Both the position numbers and the translations under genes were made by a program. Below the pieces are notes generated by a model. That model was not told the DNA's origin. It made no database searches and saw nothing but the letters and a program-made list of their open reading frames with translations. 64,000 nt of DNA from Chrysomallon squamiferum (Eukaryota; Animalia; Mollusca), in assembly GCA_012295275.1 (NCBI GenBank), contig CM022666.1, positions 9,548,001-9,612,000 of the forward strand, read 5' to 3'. This document shows, piece after piece, positions 47,209 to 61,600 of the stretch. The number at the start of each line of letters is the position of its first letter. Position 1 is the stretch's first letter.

Positions 47209-47930
47209 ACCACACACAGACCACACACCACTCACACCACACACCACTCACACCACACACCATACAGGATACGCACTACGTACCATACACACCACTCGCA
47301 CCACACACACACACCACAAACACCACACACACCACACACACACCACACACACACCACACACCACTCACACCACACACCATACAGGATACGCACTACGTAC
47401 CATACACACCACTCGCACCACACACACACACACACACCACTCACACCACACCACACCACTCACACCACACACCATACAGACCACACACCACACACCACAC
47501 CACACACCATATAGGATACGCACTACATACCATACACACCACACCACACACCATACAGGATACGCACTACATACCATACACACCACTCACACCACACCAC
47601 ACCACACACGATACGCACTACACACCACACACGATACGCACTACACACCACACACCACACACTCACACACCACAATCACCACTCGCACCACACAAACACC
47701 CCCCACACACACACCATCCACTCCACCCACACCACACAGGCGCAACATACACACACTCCGTACATTCAACAACCCATACCACATGCACCACACAATACGT
47801 ACCACACACCACACACTTCAAACACTACAAGCACCACATACACAATACACCGCACATACCATACTCGACACACCACATACTCCAAACACACCACATGCAC
47901 CACAGTCTCCAAAATACAAAATACGAAATA
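47209..47930. repeat. CA-rich minisatellite
   Basis: The unit caccatacaggatacgcactac(g/a)taccatacacaccac is repeated several times within (CACAC)n. Confidence 0.9.
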
Positions 47931-49659
47931 CGAACTTATTTTCCATTTACTCACATCTCTCTCTCTGTGTGTGTTCAAGTGTGTGTGTGTTCAAAAAAAA
48001 AAAAAAACAAGGCTGACACATGCTACAGAACAAAACAAATTTATTTACATATTTCTGAAGAATGATACAGTTTACAGTGACCAACAAATCAGATGCATGA
48101 AATCCATAAATGACAATACTAAAATTCTTCTCTTTCTAGTCAATAATTTCTGTGTTGAAAGAAATTGCTGTTTCACTACATAATGAAAATATGTTTTGGT
48201 CCCTCTGACTTTGGTCATAATATTTGAAATAGACTGGCGTAATTTACTTTTCAGATACATACAAACATAAATGGCAAGACTATAAACCTTCTGTACAATA
48301 CTTTGGTTATTTTTTCCCACTGAAATAGGTGTACAATACATGTGTATATCAGACTGCAAGCTTTTGAAATCTCACTTCTAGGGTGTGGTTCATACTATTC
48401 TCTGCATAAACACACTGTATGAATGGTTGTTAACACACATTCAATATTTCTGACAATCACTACTCCCTCATACAATCAGAACATCAAAATCATGCAATAA
48501 CATATTTATACCTGGTTTTTGTAAATAACTCAAAATTACATGTAACCTCTGGGACTTTTTGTAACCGTTATTACGTTAACTATAAAATTTTATGTTATAC
48601 TTGATTTCTGTAACCAATGTATTGAGTATGAAATTATAATGCATACCTGGTTTCTGTAATGGCTGTTAACAATAAATGTATACACCATATTTCTTAAAGT
48701 TATGTAATCTGTTTCTTGTGTAAAATATGCATCTATAATGTAATGCCTAGTTGCTTTATTGTAATCCTGGTTAACATAAAATTAACTTTAACATTATACA
48801 TTTTTAAATATTATTAAATAAACAACTGGTGGCACTTACATGTCACATACATACAACAGACTGTTTTATTAATTCTGGTGACCAGCCAATAATGGTGGAT
48901 ATAAAAAAAAATAAAACAAGACATTTGAGGATATAGTTGTAAGCTTGACAAAAAAAAATTGTATATATATATATATCATTAGGTAAGCGTATTACTTTAT
49001 TCTAACATAGATGATACAAATACAGATAGCCTTTACTATCACATTAACAGCTTTCTTAATCTTCTATAAATAATAAATTTGTGCTTTAAATAAGTGAAAA
49101 ATATTACTATTTATGAAGAGAAGAAAATAAATATTTATTGAAACTGTGATGAAAACAAAATACTGCCTATATCTACATATACAGATATATACATAAATTG
49201 ACACTGAAGTTTCGTACCCTGTTTTATGTTTTAACAGTTACTTTTAATAGACAGTTTTCATTTATCCAGTTTCACTAGTATAGCTGAATTTGTTTACTGT
49301 TTATGTGTACTATAAGTAATACTCATTTTATGTGCATGTATGGGGAAGGGAAGAAGCAGAAGTTTTTAACTACAAATTCATCAAGTTCAAATAAAGAAGA
49401 ACCTTGTTCACAACACACTTTTAATTTTCAATGGTAGCATTGGTCGGACTGGGAAATAACTTGAGCACTCAAGATGCTACTTAGCGAACAAGAAACAGAA
49501 ATCTTGAAAAAAAAAATTAAACAATAATTTACAAACTGTTTTATTAAACGAGTCATCACTCTTTATTATGAAGCGTATCAACAAGAAATTCCTAAAACTT
49601 AAATGACATAACGGTATTAGAGTTAAAAAGTCTTTCACCAGCACTTTTTGTTATATCCA

Positions 49660-52600
49660 CTGATCCTGATACCTGAAACAAGATCACTGCTCTGTCTGAA
49701 GCCTGAAAATGCCAGTCAGAAAAGTGTTACAGAAATTATCTTGCCAGCTAGTGAAAATGAAGATATAATATAAGTTATATAATGTCTACATTCAGCTAAT
49801 GAACAAAATACACATCTCTCCAATCAAGTGTGTTACAAATACTGAGCAGAATAGAGAGCAAAGCCTCTAAATAACAGGATCAGGTAATAAAAGTCCTACA
49901 TAAACACAACAAGACAATTTTCAATTGAAATGTATGTAAGGAGTTTCAGGTGAAAGAGATTTCAGCAATAACAAATGTTACTTGTGACAGACTGTCACAT
50001 TTTCGAAAATACAGAACTAGACATATAACAACACAGATTGGATGTCTGTTGATGAACACTGTGACAATGAAGTTTAAGTATGTAAAAATTCATAACTAGT
50101 TTTGAGAGCTGTAAAACATGATGTGTTTACACTTACTTTGTATTAGGTGTAAGTGTCATAACACAACTTTAAAACACAGACTGTAGAACTCTACTTGTAA
50201 TTAATAGAAAAACATTAGTTTTAATAGCTGTAAAACACACAATAAAATATGTTTACACATTTAGCTATTTAGACAGATATGTTTAGCTATTTAGACATGT
50301 AAAACACAATGTGTTAACGTTCATTTGTATCAAGAAGTATCAGTGTCATAGTCCAGTGTGTGAGTTTAAAACAAACACATCAGTACAAGTAGCACAAGTT
50401 CTAAACAGAGAAAGTAAAAAACTACACATAATTAACACACACACACATTAGTTTGATAGCTGTAAAGCACACAACAAAATATGTTTACACATTTACTTAA
50501 GTAGTCCTAATGTAGACTGATCAACCCTTCACATGGTTAACAGTGTGAGACAGCTATAGTGTGAGACTTGTGTTTATTAAATACTAATGATTCTAAGGTA
50601 GAAACCAGCTGTCTTCTTTCACTGAGATAAACTTATAACAAATGTTACTTGTGATAGATTGACATAAGTTGTCACATTTTGGAAAATACAGAACTACACA
50701 TGTAACAACACAAATTGGAGTTTGTGAGGATAGACACTGTGATGAAGAATTTCAAATATCTAAAAATACAGAGCTATTTAGACAGAAGTAAAACACATAA
50801 TGTGTTAACATGTTCATTTTGTATTAAGAAGTATCAGTGTCATAGTCCAGTGTGTGAGTTTAAAACAAACACATCAGTACAAGTAGCACAAGTTCTAAAC
50901 AGACAAAGTAAAAATCTACACATAATTAACACACACACATTAGTTTGATAGCTGTAAAGCACACAACAAAAAATATGTTTACACATTTACTTAAGTAGTC
51001 CTAATGTAGACTGATCAACCCTTCACATGGTTAACAGTGTGAGACAGCTATAGTGTGAGACTTGTGTTTATTAAATACTAATGATTCTAAGGTAGAAACC
51101 AGCTGTCTTCTTTCACTGAGATAAACTTATAACAAATGTTACTTGTGATAGATTGACATAAGTTGTCACATTTTGGAAAATACAGAACTACACATGTAAC
51201 AACACAAATTGGAGTTTGTGAGGATAGACACTGTGATGAAGAATTTCAAATATCTAAAAATACAGAGCTATTTAGACAGAAGAAAAACACATAATGTGTT
51301 AACATGTTCATTTTGTATTAAGAAGTATCAGTGTCATAGTCCAGTGTGTGAGTTTAAAACAAACACATCAGTACAAGTAGCACAAGTTCTAAACAGACAA
51401 AGTAAAAATCTACACATAATTAACACACACACATTAGTTTGATAGCTGTAAAGCACTCAATACAATATGTTTACACATTTACATTTGCAGGCTGCTTTTC
51501 TCAGGTAATGTTATTAAGAAATGGACATTTAAACAGACCTAGAGGACATCAGATGTCACATTTTGGAAAATAAAGAACCTGAAGAAAATCTTGAAAGAAT
51601 TAAATGAGTTTAATCTCTTACAGTTGAAATATTTTTCTACAACACAGACTTTATTTAGGAGCAGGTAACAAAAGTCCTACATAAACACAACAAGACAATT
51701 TTCAACTGAAATGAATGTAAGGAGTTTCAGGTGACACAAGTTTTAGAAATAACAAATATTACTTGTGACAAACAGAATTTAGATTTACATTTTGGAAAAT
51801 ACAGAACTAGACATGTAACAACTCAGATTGGAGTTTGTGTGGATGGACACTGAGACAAAGTGCAAATATGTAAAACCAGACAGTTAGTTTTGACAGTTGT
51901 AAAACACATAATGCATTTACATGTTTGCTTTGTAATTAAGTATTAGTGTCAGTCCAGTGTTCGAGTTCAAAACAAACACATCAGCACAAGTAATACAACA
52001 GTACATGCAATTAACACAAACATACTAGTTTTGATAGCTTTAAAATACACAATAAGATATGTTTAAACATTTAAACTTGCACACTTCTTCTCTAAGGTAA
52101 TGTTATTAAGAAATGGACACTTAAACTAATCTCAAGTAGACTGATCAACCCTTCACATGGTTAACAGTGTGTACTGTGAGACTTGTGTTTATTAAATACT
52201 AATGATTCTAAGGTAGAAATTAGCTGTCTTCTTTCACTGAGTTAAACTTGGCCATTAGCCATTAACAGGAAAGAATATTTGACTTATACTTTCCCTGGGC
52301 AGGAAAGTACAGAGCACAGATTGCATTAAACATTAGCTTCAGGTTAGAACAGGACATAGCTGGTGTTAATATTTATAAAGTTTGTCACAGAACTATTCAA
52401 ATTGATGTAAAACTCTCCAGTTATGAAGTGAAAAACAAAGCCTTAATGTAAGTTTTTGTTTTAATCTGTGGCATCCTATCAAAATCTGTAAGAACTTCAG
52501 AAAGATGACACATTTATATACTTGTGTACATAACAAGAAAAAAAAATCTTGAAAGAATTAAATGAGTTTAATCAATCACAGGTGAAACTTTTTTCTGCAA

Positions 52601-55600
52601 CAGAGACTTTATTTTGTAGCAGGTAATAAGAGTCCTGCAACAACACAACAAGACAAGTTTCAACTGAAATGAATGTCATTTCAGGTGAAACAGATTTCAG
52701 GAATAACAAATGTTACTTGTGAGAAACAGAAATAAGGTGTCACATTTTGGAAAACTCGAAACCAGATATGTAACAACTCGGAATGGAGTTTGTGTGGACT
52801 GATATTGTGAGAAGAACTTCAACTACATAGAAGTATGCAGTGGTTATGTCAGATGTAAAACGTGTCTTACATGTTTACTTTTGTGTTAAAGGTATAGAAT
52901 AGTGAAATAATAGCCACTGTTTCCTATTCTATAAATGTCAGTATATAATGTTTTAAAGTAATTGGTGGGAAGTAAGTGCTAGCAAGATAGATTAAGATGA
53001 CTGCCTACTATTGGGAGCTTTCTTTAGCATTGGGATTGTATGGTCATGTGACATGACCGTATATGGCTACCGCTGCCTGGAATTTAAATGGTGGACATTC
53101 TCAGAGAGCAAAGCAATGCATTTTGACCTTGGCCATTGCAGGACCTTAAAAAATTGCTAGTGAAAGTAGGCATTTTTATATTTGGTTTCTACATATGTGC
53201 TACAGATTAGTAGTTAATTTAGATTTATTACTTTCATTTTAATATTTCTATGTCAGGGACTACCTAGCCGTCTTAAAATCCTTTAATTTGAAACCCTGTC
53301 TTGTTAGTTTATTCCTTAGGCACTGAATTTATGAAGTGAGTAACCAATGGGTTACATACATATATATGTTATTCATTATATTATACCTACATACTGGTCT
53401 GACTAGATCTGCTTACCCCGCTCCATTACAAGTGTAAGTGTTATAGTCCAGTGTGTGAGTTCAAAACAAACACCTCAGTACAAGTAACAGAACAGAAAAA
53501 TTAGAAATGTACATGTTATTCAGCTACTTTTGACAGCTGTAAAATACACAATAAAATATGTTTACACATTTAACCTTGCACAGTGCTCCTCTCAGATAAT
53601 GTTACTCAGAAATGAACACTTAAACTGACCTAAAGCAGACTGATCAAGTCTTCAAAGGGTTAGCATTGTGTAGTGTGAAACTTGTGGTTATTGAATACTA
53701 ATGAAGTCTTTTTCTAACATTTTGATTATATCTACTGCTCCTGATACCTGAAACAAGAAAACTGCTCTGTATGAAGTCTGAAAATACCAGTCAGACAAGT
53801 CTTACAAAAATTACCTTGAATGCAAAGATACAATGTAAGTTATATAATGTCTACATTCAGCTAATGAACAAAATACAACTTATTTAACACATCTCTCCAA
53901 TCAAGTGTGTTACAAATACTGAGCAGAATAGAGAGCAAAGCCTCTAAATAACAGGATCAGGTAATAAAAGTCCTACATAAACACAACAAGACAATTTTCA
54001 ATTGAAATGTATGTAAGGAGTTTCAGGTGAAAGAGATTTCAGCAATAACAAATGTTACTTGTGACAGACTGTCACATTTTCGAAAATACAGAACTAGACA
54101 TATAACAACACAGATTGGATGTCTGTTGATGAACACTGTGACAATGAAGTTTAAGTATGTAAAAATTCATAACTAGTTTTGAGAGCTGTAAAACATGATG
54201 TGTTTACACTTACTTTGTATTAGGTGTAAGTGTCATAACACAACTTTAAAACACACAGACTGTAGAACTCTACTTGTAATTAATAGAAAAACATTAGTTT
54301 TAATAGCTGTAAAACACACAATAAAATATGTTTACACATTTAGCTATTTAGACAGATATGTTTAGCTATTTAGACATGTAAAACACAATGTGTTAACGTT
54401 CATTTTGTATCAAGAAGTATCAGTGTCATAGTCCAGTGTGTGAGTTTAAAACAAACACATCAGTACAAGTAGCACAAGTTCTAAACAGAGAAAGTAAAAA
54501 CTACACATAATTAACACACACACACATTAGTTTGATAGCTGTAAAGCACACAACAAAATATGTTTACACATTTACTTAAGTAGTCCTAATGTAGACTGAT
54601 CAACCCTTCACATGGTTAACAGTGTGAGACAGCTATAGTGTGAGACTTGTGTTTATTAAATACTAATGATTCTAAGGTAGAAACCAGCTGTCTTCTTTCA
54701 CTGAGATAAACTTATAACAAATGTTACTTGTGATAGATTGACATAAGTTGTCACATTTTGGAAAATACAGAACTACACATGTAACAACACAAATTGGAGT
54801 TTGTGAGGATAGACACTGTGATGAAGAATTTCAAATATCTAAAAATACAGAGCTATTTAGACAGAAGTAAAACACATAATGTGTTAACATGTTCATTTTG
54901 TATTAAGAAGTATCAGTGTCATAGTCCAGTGTGTGAGTTTAAAACAAACACATCAGTACAAGTAGCACAAGTTCTAAACAGACAAAGTAAAAATCTACAC
55001 AATTAACACACACACATTAGTTTGATAGCTGTAAAGCACACAACAAAATATGTTTACACATTTACTTAAGTAGTCCTAATGTAGACTGATCAACCCTTCA
55101 CATGGTTAACAGTGTGAGACAGCTATAGTGTGAGACTTGTGTTTATTAAATACTAATGATTCTAAGGTAGAAACCAGCTGTCTTCTTTCACTGAGATAAA
55201 CTTATAACAAATGTTACTTGTGATAGATTGACATAAGTTGTCACATTTTGGAAAATACAGAACTACACATGTAACAACACAAATTGGAGTTTGTGAGGAT
55301 AGACACTGTGATGAAGAATTTCAAATATCTAAAAATACAGAGCTATTTAGACAGAAGTAAAACACATAATGTGTTAACATGTTCATTTTGTATTAAGAAG
55401 TATCAGTGTCATAGTCCAGTGTGTGAGTTTAAAACAAACACATCAGTACAAGTAGCACAAGTTCTAAACAGAGAAAGTAAAAAACTACACATAATTAACA
55501 CACACACACATTAGTTTGATAGCTGTAAAGCACACAACAAAATATGTTTACACATTTACTTAAGTAGTCCTAATGTAGACTGATCAACCCTTCACATGGT

Positions 55601-58600
55601 TAACAGTGTGAGACAGCTATAGTGTGAGACTTGTGTTTATTAAATACTAATGATTCTAAGGTAGAAACCAGCTGTCTTCTTTCACTGAGATAAACTTATA
55701 ACAAATGTTACTTGTGATAGATTGACATAAGTTGTCACATTTTGGAAAATACAGAACTACACATGTAACAACACAAATTGGAGTTTGTGAGGATAGACAC
55801 TGTGATGAAGAATTTCAAATATCTAAAAATACAGAGCTATTTAGACAGAAGAAAAACACATAATGTGTTAACATGTTCATTTTGTATTAAGAAGTATCAG
55901 TGTCATAGTCCAGTGTGTGAGTTTAAAACAAACACATCAGTACAAGTAGCACAAGTTCTAAACAGACAAAGTAAAAATCTACACAATTAACACACACACA
56001 TTAGTTTGATAGCTGTAAAGCACACAACAAAATATGTTTACACATTTACTTAAGTAGTCCTAATGTAGACTGATCAACCCTTCACATGGTTAACAGTGTG
56101 AGACAGCTATAGTGTGAGACTTGTGTTTATTAAATACTAATGATTCTAAGGTAGAAACCAGCTGTCTTCTTTCACTGAGATAAACTTATAACAAATGTTA
56201 CTTGTGATAGATTGACATAAGTTGTCACATTTTGGAAAATACAGAACTACACATGTAACAACACAAATTGGAGTTTGTGAGGATAGACACTGTGATGAAG
56301 AATTTCAAATATCTAAAAATACAGAGCTATTTAGACAGAAGAAAAACACATAATGTGTTAACATGTTCATTTTGTATTAAGAAGTATCAGTGTCATAGTC
56401 CAGTGTGTGAGTTTAAAACAAACACATCAGTACAAGTAGCACAAGTTCTAAACAGACAAAGTAAAAATCTACACAATTAACACACACACATTAGTTTGAT
56501 AGCTGTAAAGCACACAATACAATATGTTTACACATTTACATTTGCAGGCTGCTTTTCTCAGGTAATGTTATTAAGAAATGGACATTTAAACAGACCTAGA
56601 GGACATCAGATGTCACATTTTGGAAAAAATAAAGAACCTGAAGAAAATCTTGAAAGAATTAAATGAGTTTAATCTCTTACAGTTGAAATATTTTTCTACA
56701 ACACAGACTTTATTTAGGAGCAGGTAACAAAAGTCCTACATAAACACAACAAGACAATTTTCAACTGAAATGAATGTAAGGAGTTTCAGGTGACACAAGT
56801 TTTAGAAATAACAAATATTACTTGTGACAAACAGAATTTAGATTTACATTTTGGAAAATACAGAACTAGACATGTAACAACTCAGATTGGAGTTTGTGTG
56901 GATGGACACTGAGACAAAGTGCAAATATGTAAAACCAGACAGTTAGTTTTGACAGTTGTAAAACACATAATGCATTTACATGTTTGCTTTGTAATTAAGT
57001 ATTAGTGTCAGTCCAGTGTTCGAGTTCAAAACAAACACATCAGCACAAGTAATACAACAGTACATGCAATTAACACAAACATACTAGTTTTGATAGCTTT
57101 AAAATACACAATAAGATATGTTTAAACATTTAAACTTGCACACTTCTTCTCTAAGGTAATGTTATTAAGAAATGGACACTTAAACTAATCTCAAGTAGAC
57201 TGATCAACCCTTCACATGGTTAACAGTGTGTACTGTGAGACTTGTGTTTATTAAATACTAATGATTCTAAGGTAGAAATTAGCTGTCTTCTTTCACTGAG
57301 TTAAACTTGGCCATTAGCCATTAACAGGAAAGAATATTTGACTTATACTTTCCCCTGGGCAGGAAAGTACAGAGCACAGATTGCATTAAACATTAGCTTC
57401 GGTTAGAACAGGACATAGCTGGTGTTAATATTTATAAAGTTTGTCACAGAACTATTCAAATTGATGTAAAACTCTCCAGTTATGAAGTGAAAAACAAAGC
57501 CTTAATGTAAGTTTTTGTTTTAATCTGTGGCATCCTATCAAAATCTGTAAGAACTTCAGAAAGATGACACATTTATATACTTGTGTACATAACAAGAAAA
57601 AAAAATCTTGAAAGAATTAAATGAGTTTAATCAATCACAGGTGAAACTTTTTTCTGCAACAGAGACTTTATTTTGTAGCAGGTAATAAGAGTCCTGCAAC
57701 AACACAACAAGACAAGTTTCAACTGAAATGAATGTCATTTCAGGTGAAACAGATTTCAGGAATAACAAATGTTACTTGTGAGAAACAGAAATAAGGTGTC
57801 ACATTTTGGAAAACTCGAAACCAGATATGTAACAACCGGAATGGAGTTTGTGTGGACTGATATTGTGAGAAGAACTTCAACTACATAGAAGTATGCAGTG
57901 GTTATGTCAGATGTAAAACGTGTCTTACATGTTTACTTTTGTGTTAAAGGTATAGAATAGTGAAATAATAGCCACTGTTTCCTATTCTATAAATGTCAGT
58001 ATATAATGTTTTAAAGTAATTGGTGGGAAGTAAGTGCTAGCAAGATAGATTAAGATGACTGCCTACTATTGGGAGCTTTCTTTAGCATTGGGATTGTATG
58101 GTCATGTGACATGACCGTATATGGCTACCGCTGCCTGGAATTTAAATGGTGGACATTCTCAGAGAGCAAAGCAATGCATTTTGACCTTGGCCATTGCAGG
58201 ACCTTAAAAAATTGCTAGTGAAAGTAGGCATTTTTATATTTGGTTTCTACATATGTGCTACAGATTAGTAGTTAATTTAGATTTATTACTTTCATTTTAA
58301 TATTTCTATGTCAGGGACTACCTAGCCGTCTTAAAATCCTTTAATTTGAAACCCTGTCTTGTTAGTTTATTCCTTAGGCACTGAATTTATGAAGTGAGTA
58401 ACCAATGGGTTACATACATATATATGTTATTCATTATATTATACCTACATACTGGTCTGACTAGATCTGCTTACCCCCGGCTCCATTACAAGTGTAAGTG
58501 TTATAGTCCAGTGTGTGAGTTCAAAACAAACACCTCAGTACAAGTAACAGAACAGAAAAATTAGAAATGTACATGTTATTCAGCTACTTTTGACAGCTGT

Positions 58601-61600
58601 AAAATACACAATAAAATATGTTTACACATTTAACCTTGCACAGTGCTCCTCTCAGATAATGTTACTCAGAAATGAACACTTAAACTGACCTAAAGCAGAC
58701 TGATCAAGTCTTCAAAGGGTTAGCATTGTGTAGTGTGAAACTTGTGGTTATTGAATACTAATGAAGTCTTTTTCTAACATTTTGATTATATCTACTGCTC
58801 CTGATACCTGAAACAAGAAAACTGCTCTGTATGAAGTCTGAAAATACCAGTCAGACAAGTCTTACAAAAATTACCTTGAATGCAAAGATACAATGTAAGT
58901 TATATAATGTCTACATTCAGCTAATGAACAAAATACAACTTATTTAACACATCTCTCCAATCAAGTGTGTTACAAATACTGAGCAGAATAGAGAGCAAAG
59001 CCTCTAAATAACAGGATCAGGTAATAAAAGTCCTACATAAACACAACAAGACAATTTTCAATTGAAATGTATGTAAGGAGTTTCAGGTGAAAGAGATTTC
59101 AGCAATAACAAATGTTACTTGTGACAGACTGTCACATTTTCGAAAATACAGAACTAGACATATAACAACACAGATTGGATGTCTGTTGATGAACACTGTG
59201 ACAATGAAGTTTAAGTATGTAAAAATTCATAACTAGTTTTGAGAGCTGTAAAACATGATGTGTTTACACTTACTTTGTATTAGGTGTAAGTGTCATAACA
59301 CAACTTTAAAACACAGACTGTAGAACTCTACTTGTAATTAATAGAAAAACATTAGTTTTAATAGCTGTAAAACACACAATAAAATATGTTTACACATTTA
59401 GCTATTTAGACAGATATGTTTAGCTATTTAGACATGTAAAACACAATGTGTTAACGTTCATTTTGTATCAAGAAGTATCAGTGTCATAGTCCAGTGTGTG
59501 AGTTTAAAACAAACACATCAGTACAAGTAGCACAAGTTCTAAACAGAGAAAGTAAAAAACTACACATAATTAACACACACACATTAGTTTGATAGCTGTA
59601 AAGCACACAACAAAATATGTTTACACATTTACTTAAGTAGTCCTAATGTAGACTGATCAACCCTTCACATGGTTAACAGTGTGAGACAGCTATAGTGTGA
59701 GACTTGTGTTTATTAAATACTAATGATTCTAAGGTAGAAACCAGCTGTCTTCTTTCACTGAGATAAACTTATAACAAATGTTACTTGTGATAGATTGACA
59801 TAAGTTGTCACATTTTGGAAAATACAGAACTACACATGTAACAACACAAATTGGAGTTTGTGAGGATAGACACTGTGATGAAGAATTTCAAATATCTAAA
59901 AATACAGAGCTATTTAGACAGAAGTAAAACACATAATGTGTTAACATGTTCATTTTGTATTAAGAAGTATCAGTGTCATAGTCCAGTGTGTGAGTTTAAA
60001 ACAAACACATCAGTACAAGTAGCACAAGTTCTAAACAGACAAAGTAAAAATCTACACATAATTAACACACACACATTAGTTTGATAGCTGTAAAGCACAC
60101 AACAAAATATGTTTACACATTTACTTAAGTAGTCCTAATGTAGACTGATCAACCCTTCACATGGTTAACAGTGTGAGACAGCTATAGTGTGAGACTTGTG
60201 TTTATTAAATACTAATGATTCTAAGGTAGAAACCAGCTGTCTTCTTTCACTGAGATAAACTTATAACAAATGTTACTTGTGATAGATTGACATAAGTTGT
60301 CACATTTTGGAAAATACAGAACTACACATGTAACAACACAAATTGGAGTTTGTGAGGATAGACACTGTGATGAAGAATTTCAAATATCTAAAAATACAGA
60401 GCTATTTAGACAGAAGAAAAACACATAATGTGTTAACATGTTCATTTTGTATTAAGAAGTATCAGTGTCATAGTCCAGTGTGTGAGTTTAAAACAAACAC
60501 ATCAGTACAAGTAGCACAAGTTCTAAACAGACAAAGTAAAAATCTACACATAATTAACACACACACATTAGTTTGATAGCTGTAAAAAGCACTCAATACA
60601 ATATGTTTACACATTTACATTTGCAGGCTGCTTTTCTCAGGTAATGTTATTAAGAAATGGACATTTAAACAGACCTAGAGGACATCAGATGTCACATTTT
60701 GGAAAATAAAGAACCTGAAGAAAATCTTGAAAGAATTAAATGAGTTTAATCTCTTACAGTTGAAATATTTTTCTACAACACAGACTTTATTTAGGAGCAG
60801 GTAACAAAAGTCCTACATAAACACAACAAGACAATTTTCAACTGAAATGAATGTAAGGAGTTTCAGGTGACACAAGTTTTAGAAATAACAAATATTACTT
60901 GTGACAAACAGAATTTAGATTTACATTTTGGAAAATACAGAACTAGACATGTAACAACTCAGATTGGAGTTTGTGTGGATGGACACTGAGACAAAGTGCA
61001 AATATGTAAAACCAGACAGTTAGTTTTGACAGTTGTAAAACACATAATGCATTTACATGTTTACTTTGTAATTAAGTATTAGTGTCACAGTCCAGTGTTC
61101 GAGTTCAAAACAAACACATCAGCACACGTAATACAACTTCTAAACAGAGAAAGAGAACAGTACATGCAATTAACACAAACACACTAGTTTAGATAGCTTT
61201 AAAATACACAATAAGATATGTTTACACATTTAAACTTGCACACTGCTTCTCTAAGGTAATGTTATTAAGAAATGGACACTTAAACTAATCTCAAGTAGAC
61301 TGATCAAGGCTTCAAATAGTTAACTGTGTTGGGTGAAACATGAGTTTCCTGAATACTAATGTTTGTAAAATAGAAACCATTAACTGGAAAGAATATTTCA
61401 CTTACACCTTCCCCTGGGTGGTAAAGCAGACAGTACAGATTGTGATAACCATTAGCTTTGGTTAGAAAAGGAAATAGTCCACTGCTGTTAATGTTTATAA
61501 AGTTTGACACGGAACTGTTCAAACTGATATAAAACACACAAGCTATGAAGTGAAAAACAAAACGTGAATGCAAGTTTTTTTTTTAATCTGTGGTGCTCTC

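Noticed and set aside
44059-48016. Cys/Val-rich and His/Thr-rich ORFs (e.g. 47171-48016, 281 aa)
   Set aside because: These are translations of TG/CA low-complexity repeats that lack stops by composition.
49431-49482. tRNA/snoRNA-like hairpin (gtagcat...atgctac with an inner cttgag/ctcaag stem)
   Set aside because: No cloverleaf, A/B boxes or C/D or H/ACA boxes.
50715-60576. Eight MEFVRIDTVMK ORFs as a tandem small-protein family
   Set aside because: They start at TTG and switch between off-frame and in-frame pieces of a decayed SPRY-like exon. They are repeat by-products.
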